From the IMG/VR virus record IMGVR_UViG_3300035042_000139: 64,000 nt of DNA; one strand, given 5' to 3'. The number at the start of each line of letters is the position of its first letter. The stretch's first letter is position 1. Under the pieces are notes generated by a model. It saw only the letters and a list, made by a program, of their open reading frames with translations. It was not told the origin of the DNA and ran no database searches. Both the position numbers and the translations under genes were made by a program. Positions 57,379-64,000 of the stretch are shown here, one piece after another. Origin of the DNA: a virus. Lineage: Duplodnaviria; Heunggongvirae; Uroviricota; Caudoviricetes.

Positions 57379-57864
57379 ATGTTAATTATGATTGATGTTA
57401 AACAGGTAATATTCGCAAAGAGTTGGGGTAACAAGCTAATGGAAAGACTAATAGATGCAGGGATAGAAGTAATCAGCCTTGACAATTTAGATGAAGTCCG
57501 GGCCATCAAGTATGTAGGTTCTAAAAGGATGTGGCAGCTTAGGAAGTATTTAGCCTGGTATGGAAAGTATGAGAGGTATTTAGTAGAGAGAACGAACCAG
57601 CATGAGCTATATAGGATGGATGACGGCAAGGTTATTATCCGTTTTAATCTTGAATTTAATAATGGTTTTACTGTTAATAAGGTAGTAGCTAAGCCTTCTT
57701 CCTCTGATGTAGTTGAAGGTAGATTGTTTGGTGAATATAATGATAGACTTGTTTCTTTCTCATTCAGGGTTAGTAGTGCTAGTTGCTGGATGGAAAATAT
57801 GAGCATCCCTCGGGCACTCCAAGCTGTATTCAAACGAACCCGAGAGGTCACTCTTCAGAAGTAA
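57379..57864 (+). CDS. Hypothetical protein
   Basis: RBS AAGGAGA; 161 aa. Confidence 0.65.
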   Translation: MLIMIDVKQVIFAKSWGNKLMERLIDAGIEVISLDNLDEVRAIKYVGSKRMWQLRKYLAWYGKYERYLVERTNQHELYRMDDGKVIIRFNLEFNNGFTVNKVVAKPSSSDVVEGRLFGEYNDRLVSFSFRVSSASCWMENMSIPRALQAVFKRTREVTLQK

Positions 57865-57985
57865 ATACTCTATTAAAGGTAAGGCTACGTTTTTAACCCC
57901 TCGCATTAAATTGAAGGGGTTAAAAGCCTCGCCATCAGCATATATCAAGGTTTACAAATACAATCATTTTAAGGAGATGATTAGG

Positions 57986-59332
57986 TTGACAAAATTAGAA
58001 ATGGTATTAGATTATTCAGACAAGGCTTACAAGGCAGAGTTATTTGGTGAGGAATTTGGTAATGTCCCGCTGATTACTAATGAGGTATCAGAGGTTATAA
58101 AAGAGTTAAAGGGACAATATGGTAAGGCTAAAGATGATGATGATAAGGCCCGGGCCATCGCAGACAAGATAAGAAAGGCTAAGTATTTATACGATAAGCT
58201 AGTAAAACAGGAAGAGAAATTGTTTTTAAAGGGAGACGCTGAGGTATTTAAGGTTGAGAGATTGATTGAGCAGAACCCTAATAACAGGGCATTATTATAT
58301 AAGATGGATGTTAGAGTAGGTGAGAGTCCATTCTCTATGAGGGTAAGTGTTATTAATCCTCATGGTAAGAATAAAGATACAGGTGAGAATTATGACTACT
58401 TCAAGATAGTTTTACCATTTGAGAGAAGTTGGAAGGAAGAATACACTGTTGGAGAAGGTAAAAATAAAGAAGTTAAGGAGCGTACTGTTTATGACTATAA
58501 TGGCATGCAGCTTAATAGAACTGGTGATGAGTGGTATAGAGATATCAATCGCACCTGGGAGAATGTTAAGGGAGCTTTATTGAGTGGTTTCTTTAAGATA
58601 TCTGGTATTTATGATAGAGAGTATAAGAAAGTCTACAGTGCTAAGCGCAAGAAGATGGAGTCTAAGAAATATTCTCAAAGTTGTGAGAACTGCCGCTGGC
58701 ATCATTCAGAAGAGATACCTGCTGAGACTGAGAGTGGGGTTACTACTAGCTTCTGGAGACACAAATGCTATCTAACAGGAGATACTGTTGACGATACAGC
58801 TCATAAGTTTTTAGACCAGGATGGCAAGGAAGATAAAGGTCCACTGCAGAGAGGTAAGGATATCATCGTTAACAAAAACTCCTTTGAAGAGGCAGACTAT
58901 CGCCCACACACACAGCGTAAAAAGTATTTGAAACGTAATGCTTTATACGACTTTGGAGAAGATTGTCCCTACCACCTGTTCTTTACTAACTTTGGTGGAA
59001 CAATAGACGGCTTCTACGACGAGAAGACAACTAAAGGTATTATGCCTTCGCTACAGGAGATAACAGAAGATGATGAGGCTCCTGTTGAGTTTCTGCTGCC
59101 TGACAATATTATAGTTGACTTTGATGATGTTGAATATGTTGAGTGGAAGCAGTTTAAAGAACTTGACGAGTCTGATAAGTGTCCTGAGATACCTGAAGGA
59201 ATGAAAGTTTTAAAGAAGGTAATCGGAGACGATGAAAAGAAGCTACGTAATGCCGCTTCAGAATACGCTAAACGCAAAGAATTCACCGCAAAAGAGACAG
59301 AGAACTTCATCAAGGCATATTTAGCACTCTAA
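57986..59332 (+). CDS. Hypothetical protein with Cys/His Zn-binding motif
   Basis: TTG at 57986 after TAAGGAGA; CENC...HKC...DCPYH. Confidence 0.7.
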   Translation: MTKLEMVLDYSDKAYKAELFGEEFGNVPLITNEVSEVIKELKGQYGKAKDDDDKARAIADKIRKAKYLYDKLVKQEEKLFLKGDAEVFKVERLIEQNPNNRALLYKMDVRVGESPFSMRVSVINPHGKNKDTGENYDYFKIVLPFERSWKEEYTVGEGKNKEVKERTVYDYNGMQLNRTGDEWYRDINRTWENVKGALLSGFFKISGIYDREYKKVYSAKRKKMESKKYSQSCENCRWHHSEEIPAETESGVTTSFWRHKCYLTGDTVDDTAHKFLDQDGKEDKGPLQRGKDIIVNKNSFEEADYRPHTQRKKYLKRNALYDFGEDCPYHLFFTNFGGTIDGFYDEKTTKGIMPSLQEITEDDEAPVEFLLPDNIIVDFDDVEYVEWKQFKELDESDKCPEIPEGMKVLKKVIGDDEKKLRNAASEYAKRKEFTAKETENFIKAYLAL

Positions 59333-59434
59333 AGAATAACACGCTCTCAGAGGTCAATAAAAGGCTTCTGGGAGCTTTCTTATATATATGTAAGTTGTCT
59401 AAAATTATAAATCATTTTAAGGAGATGATTAGTA

Positions 59435-60370
59435 ATGCAATTAAATCATGAAATTTTATCAGAAAAGTTGGTAGAGGATAAGTTAGTTGGGATGTCAATC
59501 ATTATGATATCTGATGTTGTTGAGGAGCTAAGAGATGACCCCGACTTTAATGAAGAAGCTTATCGCAGTATCTTAACAGCTGAGCTTGAGACTATCCACA
59601 AGGAAATGAAAGATACCTGCCGGATGTGTCAGCTTGAAGATGAGAAGGCTTGTTGTGAAAGTGACTGCAAGTTATTCGAAAAGGCTGTTGAGTATCATGA
59701 GAATATCAACGCTGATTATGATATATGTTATCACTGTCCTGAAAAGGATAAAGGTTGTTTAGGTTTTGACTACTGCAGATTTAGAAACCTAGATGAGAAG
59801 TTGTCTATAAAGGATGTCCATTTATCCGCAGACGCTTTACTCTGGGCTTCCGTTATTACAGAGGACGATTACTTCGCTCTCTGCGATAAAGGACTTCGTT
59901 TTATCTTCTGTTTCGATTATGAAAGTGTCTTAGATGTTGTTGGCCCGGATGTTATGCGAAAGGTTCAACAAAACTTCTTTATCCTGATGGAGAGGCACTT
60001 TGGTTCTTATCTACCAGGACTTGTTGAAGCTGTTGGTGAGAGTGAATCGAAAGTATCTAAGCGGGTCGTCCAGTTTGAAGAAGATTTCAAGGAGTACATT
60101 GCTTCCAAGCGGGCCATCTCTCGCAAGGAAACTTCAGCATCTAAAAACTTCACTATCGCTATCAAAAAGACTTCAGCTAAAAACAGCTTTATCGGAGTCC
60201 TGACAGACAACAGCAGTGAATCTCGCAAGCCTCTAAAGTTTATCATTAAGAGTGAGTACATCTCAGTTAAAGGTAGTTTACCAGAAGGTGCGCTCAATCT
60301 TATAGAATCTAAAATACGTAATGAATTCAATGAAAATTTCAAGATGCCGAGTAGAGTAATGCGCTACTAA
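59435..60370 (+). CDS. Cys-rich hypothetical protein
   Basis: CRMC...CCESDC, CYHC...C...C clusters. Confidence 0.7.
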   Translation: MQLNHEILSEKLVEDKLVGMSIIMISDVVEELRDDPDFNEEAYRSILTAELETIHKEMKDTCRMCQLEDEKACCESDCKLFEKAVEYHENINADYDICYHCPEKDKGCLGFDYCRFRNLDEKLSIKDVHLSADALLWASVITEDDYFALCDKGLRFIFCFDYESVLDVVGPDVMRKVQQNFFILMERHFGSYLPGLVEAVGESESKVSKRVVQFEEDFKEYIASKRAISRKETSASKNFTIAIKKTSAKNSFIGVLTDNSSESRKPLKFIIKSEYISVKGSLPEGALNLIESKIRNEFNENFKMPSRVMRY

Positions 60371-60399
60371 AAACGCTTTAAACTTTACTCTGCCGCGAT

Positions 60400-60462
60400 A
60401 AAAAGCGATGATTTTCTACAAAACTTTCCACTTGACTTTTCTCTAGAAAATTATCGCTTTTT
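60400..60462. terminator. Bidirectional terminator-like hairpin
   Basis: 18/19 inverted repeat 60400-60418 / 60444-60462 with T runs on both strands. Confidence 0.65.
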
Positions 60463-61026
60463 CCTTTTTTCTCTCTTTAACTTAAGTCATTAGACATAGA
60501 TTACCCTAAGTGGCGTGAAATACACTTAGAATAAAGAATCTGTGTTTTTTTAATATTCTGCACAGACAGTATAAATACTCAACAGGCTTAGGTATAGTGA
60601 CTGTCCATATACCATAATTGCCTTGTTGTACCCTAATCCCAATGCGACTACCAGTCTTCCCCCGAGCTATGTTCGTTTTACCTGGATATGAGCTCAACAA
60701 TCCAGTTACGCACGGGAATATTGGCCAGAATAACCTCACCTGCCGGCTCTACTTATTGCATCGGCTAGAGCTCACCTTATACGTTTTAGGGTGTAACGGC
60801 ATCCACCACCTCAAAAGAGGGCTCATCTAAAAGAGATTCACCAGCCCCTCGCTCCCGGTCACAGCATTGGTAGACCATAGGGTTAAAGAACACTAATGAA
60901 TATTAAAGACTGTTTATATTTAGTTGTATAGGTTAAACTAAACCAAGTTAGCTTAGCAAAGCCTACCGGCCCATTAATCCGATAGGCGAAGCTAAACTTG
61001 AAAAAAGTTGCCAAAACTCATTTCCT
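60400..61026 (-). ncRNA. Candidate structured non-coding RNA
   Basis: Bounded by tandem minus-strand promoters and the 60400 hairpin; nested helices at 60630-60883; no credible ORF. Confidence 0.4.
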
Positions 61027-61032
61027 AATATT

Positions 61033-61128
61033 AGTATACCACAAGCCACTTCATTTTTCAAGTGTTTTGTTTATTATACTAAACTTTTAACCTAATATTA
61101 TTATAGCACAAAGCTAACCATTTTTCAA
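61033..61128 (-). promoter_or_regulatory. Tandem leftward sigma-A-like promoters
   Basis: TTGAAA(61056-61061)-17-TATACT(61033-61038) and TTGAAA(61123-61128)-17-TATAAT(61100-61105), both with extended -10 TG. Confidence 0.75.
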
Positions 61129-61188
61129 GTTTTAAGTCGTGAAGGTTGTCAAAACAAGGATTACAAAAAATCAAAAGGAGTGATTTAG

Positions 61189-61671
61189 ATGAAACTTAGT
61201 ACACTTAAAGAAAAAGGTATTGCAAATGAGCAGGAGATTTTGGAACTGGCTATGAACGATGTGGCTGAGGTTACTATGGAGAATGTAGAAAAGGTGCCGC
61301 TGACAGCTAAGTCTAAAAGAAAGTTTAAGGATTATTCCGCCCGGGCCAAAGCAAAGAAAGTCCCTTATCAATTCCTGACCGATGAAAATGATAAGATTTA
61401 CGGTGTAGAGATGGATGTCTCTTTAACTTTTCCATCAGGAAAGGCTGAGTTAAAGCTGCAGGAAAGCGACTGGGACGAGACAGACTACTACGGCCACACT
61501 AAATGTACCTTCAAGGGAAGAACAATCACAACCCTCGTGGCTGTCAGCTTAAATACAAATGTCTCCTTCGGCGATTATAACTTCCCATCTAAAAAGCTAG
61601 AACATCAGGTGGCTAAGTTCATTCAGAAGGTAGCAAATAGACTTGACGAAAGAATTAAATCTCAAAAATAA
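61189..61671 (+). CDS. Hypothetical protein
   Basis: RBS AAGGAG; 160 aa. Confidence 0.7.
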   Translation: MKLSTLKEKGIANEQEILELAMNDVAEVTMENVEKVPLTAKSKRKFKDYSARAKAKKVPYQFLTDENDKIYGVEMDVSLTFPSGKAELKLQESDWDETDYYGHTKCTFKGRTITTLVAVSLNTNVSFGDYNFPSKKLEHQVAKFIQKVANRLDERIKSQK

Positions 61672-61683
61672 AGGAGTGGTAAT

Positions 61684-62067
61684 TTGCTGTTTTGGATTTT
61701 AGTTGCAGGATTTTTGTTCGTTTTGTATAAAAACTATAAGGAGGAAGAAAAAATGTCAAACAATAAAAATAAGAGCGCAGTTGTAAAAGAAGAAACAGAC
61801 TTTCAGGACAGCCAGGAGTATATTGAGCTAATTAAAAAAGAAACTATAAAAACTGTCGAAGAAGGCAACCTGAAGAAAACAGAGGAGTTAGTCAAGTTGT
61901 GGTCGAAAAAGGAAAAACAGATGGAGGCAGCTAAGTCATTTAAAAAGCAATTAAAAGAAAAACAAATTGATAATGACGAGGAAAAGAAAACTATAGGCTA
62001 TAGATTAGGTAAATCTGTAGGTTCACTATTTTCAGGATTCAAAGAAGGAATTAATCAAAAAAACTAA
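61684..62067 (+). CDS. N-terminally membrane-anchored hypothetical protein
   Basis: MLFWILVAGFLFVLYK followed by a charged helical region. Confidence 0.65.
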   Translation: MLFWILVAGFLFVLYKNYKEEEKMSNNKNKSAVVKEETDFQDSQEYIELIKKETIKTVEEGNLKKTEELVKLWSKKEKQMEAAKSFKKQLKEKQIDNDEEKKTIGYRLGKSVGSLFSGFKEGINQKN

Positions 62068-62079
62068 AGGAGTGATTTA

Positions 62080-62424
62080 ATGCCAGAATATGAATATATT
62101 CCAGAAGGACACAGTAAATTATTAGATAAATGGATGAGTGATGAAAGCCGGATTGTCACCCTGATTGATAATACTAAAGAATATAGTAACTATACAGATA
62201 ACTCAGCTTTATATATTACAGCTAACCTTAACAAAAACAATAAAATAACAGCTCTCAGAGCTTATTATATCTTCCCGGTACCAACCCCGGGCCAGCAAAC
62301 AAAGAAAGAATATCAACTGTCCGTAGACATAGACAAAAGATTAAACGAACCAATGAACTATGAAAATTTCAAGCTGATTGTAGGTGGTCTCTGTAAAATA
62401 TTTGAACGCAGATTTAATCTTTAG
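62080..62424 (+). CDS. Hypothetical protein
   Basis: RBS AAGGAG; 114 aa. Confidence 0.65.
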   Translation: MPEYEYIPEGHSKLLDKWMSDESRIVTLIDNTKEYSNYTDNSALYITANLNKNNKITALRAYYIFPVPTPGQQTKKEYQLSVDIDKRLNEPMNYENFKLIVGGLCKIFERRFNL

Positions 62425-62571
62425 ACAAAAACACCCCCTGCGGGTGTGATTAGATGCGCATTCTGCTAAAGAAAATCTTTTTTAAACTTCACACACACCA
62501 TGCAGGTGGGCTACATTTTAGTGGGAGGGGCCTTAAATACTAATTTTTCACTTAAATTTGCCCCTCTTTTT

Positions 62572-63025
62572 ATACTTTTACCCGTAAAAAACACCATTTT
62601 TTATGATTTACACCGTAAAAAACACCATTTTTTATGTTTCAACCCGTAAAAATCACCATAAATTCTAAAATGTAGAATGAAAACAAGCGTATCCGGGCGT
62701 ACAGAGCGAAGTGACGGAGTATCCTACTCCTAATCGAGCGATGTGGGCTTATTCAAGGGCTTCGGGCGGTATATGAGCCTTTTTTCATCTCCTTAACTCT
62801 AATGCTGAGCTGGAGCCTTTAAATATTCCTATATTTCTCCCTTTTTATTCTCTTTAAAGCTCATTTCTATGCTTTTACCCGCATATTACACCATTTTTTA
62901 TGGTTTACACCGTAAAAAACATCATTTTTTATACTTTACACCGTGGAAATCACCATTTTTAGTGTTTCAAGGCGTAGAAATCAGCATAATCTGTGTTTCA
63001 AGCCGTGAAAAACATCATAAACTAG
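62572..63025. repeat. Eight iteron-like 31-bp repeats in two blocks (3 + 5)
   Basis: Consensus TTTACACCGTAAAAAACACCATTTTTTATG; cores at 62582, 62613, 62644, 62879, 62910, 62941, 62972, 63003. Confidence 0.85.
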
Positions 63026-63218
63026 TCTTAAATGATATCCATCCGCATCTCTCTTCTATTTTTCTGGCCTATTTTATGCCGTGAGGCTTTGAAGTGATGT
63101 AATTGCCGTTTAAAAGGGCTAAATCGTCCATTCTAGACGCTTAGGCGTTAGAGGAAGGGGGTAGGTAGGCTTTAGCGGGGACTATCTAAATCCACACAAT
63201 TAACGTCTCAAATTCAAT

Positions 63219-63320
63219 CTATTTTAGATTGTTTTAAGCTATTTTAGATTGTTTTAATCTATTTTAGATTGTTTTAAGCTATTTTAGATTGTTTTAATCT
63301 ATTTTAGATTGTTTTAAGCT
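63219..63320. repeat. AT-rich 20-bp tandem repeat x5
   Basis: ATTTTAGATTGTTTTAA(G/T)CT at 63221, 63241, 63261, 63281, 63301 with alternating G/T. Confidence 0.95.
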
Positions 63321-63384
63321 AATCCGCATATTTAACACTCTAAATTAAAAGTTTATCCGCACATTTAAAAGAAGTTTATCCGCA
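63320..63384 (+). promoter_or_regulatory. DnaA-box-like 9-mers
   Basis: TTATCCGCA at 63353 and 63376 (1 mismatch to TTATCCACA); TAATCCGCA at 63320. Confidence 0.5.
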
Positions 63385-63492
63385 CATTTTACACTAGAAG
63401 GAGGGTTTATACTTTTTCTCATTTCAGTTTTTAACTTTTCAATTTCAAATTAGGTTTCAATTTCTTTGTTGTAACAGGGATTATAAGGGTAG

Positions 63493-63538
63493 GTTGTAAG
63501 AATAATCGACATACGAAGTTGTAAGAATAATCGACATA
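63493..63538. repeat. 21-bp direct repeat x2
   Basis: GTTGTAAGAATAATCGACATA at 63493 and 63518. Confidence 0.9.
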
Positions 63539-63567
63539 TGAAATAAATATACGAAAGGGGTTTTAAT

Positions 63568-63885
63568 ATGTTAATGGAACTAAAAAACGTTGAAGAGGTA
63601 GAAAGTATTAAGAGTAAAAGTCTTGTAAATAATAAGTATGGCTTAATAGAGGATTCTCGCATATATCTTTTAACTTTAAATGATGATGGTTCTTATATTT
63701 GGAAGGATTTAAATTTTATTTTAGAAGGGACTGAAATTAATAGAGGTTTAAGACATAACAGTATTGAGACTGCATTAGAGTTTGTTATTAAGCGTAAGGA
63801 GACTAGGGGTTGTATATTATATAGTAGTAATGATATTGATAGTTTGTTATATAAGTTATTAAGTTTAAAGAAAAGGGGGTGTTAG
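63568..63885 (+). CDS. Hypothetical protein
   Basis: RBS AAGGGGG; 105 aa. Confidence 0.6.
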   Translation: MLMELKNVEEVESIKSKSLVNNKYGLIEDSRIYLLTLNDDGSYIWKDLNFILEGTEINRGLRHNSIETALEFVIKRKETRGCILYSSNDIDSLLYKLLSLKKRGC

Positions 63886-63887
63886 TA

Positions 63888-63992
63888 TTGATACCTAATG
63901 ATATTGTTGCTTTATTTACTATTATTGGTAAGGGATTTTCTTTTCTTATTTTTGTTTTTATAGTATTGGTTATTATAGGTGGTAAGGAGTAA
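63888..63992 (+). CDS. 34-aa membrane peptide (absent from the track)
   Basis: TTG start after AAGGGGGT; MIPNDIVALFTIIGKGFSFLIFVFIVLVIIGGKE. Confidence 0.45.
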   Translation: MIPNDIVALFTIIGKGFSFLIFVFIVLVIIGGKE

Positions 63993-64000
63993 TTATAGAG

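Larger units (their letters stand above)
1..64000. mobile_element. Segment of a large myovirus genome, probably a temperate plasmid-like prophage
   Basis: Continuous terminase-portal-protease-capsid-sheath-tube-baseplate gene order; phage tRNAs; ParA plus small partner; no host housekeeping genes or integrase in the window. Confidence 0.93.

Noticed and set aside
59822-59830. TTATCCGCA DnaA-box-like 9-mer
   Set aside because: Isolated copy inside a CDS, probably chance
55381-60342. Minus-strand ORFs opposite the early genes (57315-57851, 56350-56775, 60007-60342, 59014-59313)
   Set aside because: Shadow ORFs with no RBS or motifs
60506-60830. ORFs 60618-60830 (+) and 60506-60739 (-)
   Set aside because: No RBS, atypical composition and codon usage; better explained as non-coding structure
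60630-60883. Group I intron, RNase P, tmRNA or hammerhead identity for the structured region
   Set aside because: No compatible P7 (GACUA/UAGUC) pair, no GGAAAGUCC, no tRNA-like CCA end, no CUGAUGA/GAAA core
62572-63025. 31-bp repeats as a CRISPR or TIGR-like array
   Set aside because: Units abut with no unique spacers, are degenerate throughout, lack box C/D motifs, and no cas/tas gene is nearby
63219-63320. 20-bp tandem repeat as a mini-CRISPR
   Set aside because: No spacers; pure tandem array
1-64000. Stop-codon reassignment, integrase/att, or DGR
   Set aside because: Multi-kb ORFs are intact in code 11; no tyrosine/serine recombinase or reverse transcriptase motifs seen

Overview
The whole window is part of a large contractile-tailed (myovirus) dsDNA phage of a low-GC Bacillota host. 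The acidic proteins hint at a halophile, but that is inference. The minus strand from 1 to ~51 kb carries a complete morphogenesis module: TerS candidate, TerL, portal, protease/scaffold, capsid, neck, two sheaths, three tube paralogs, two tail chaperones, three giant ~2000-2400 aa proteins and baseplate genes, followed by nucleases, a four-tRNA cluster and a vWA gene. The plus strand from ~52 kb carries ParA with a small RHH-type partner and a run of early hypothetical genes. No integrase is visible. A centromere-like repeat mosaic (51.2-52.0 kb) and an iteron/AT-rich/DnaA-box-like cluster (62.6-63.4 kb) suggest a plasmid-like prophage. Main result: the 2354-aa ORF inside the tail module (9438-16502) is a single-chain two-barrel RNA polymerase, with beta-like and beta'-like catalytic motifs in order. 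It is fused to an N-terminal DEDDh 3'-5' exonuclease and flanked by giant virion proteins carrying SNase-like nuclease domains. A candidate ~600-nt structured antisense ncRNA with tandem promoters lies at 60.4-61.0 kb. All calls come from reading motifs by eye; no database searches were run.
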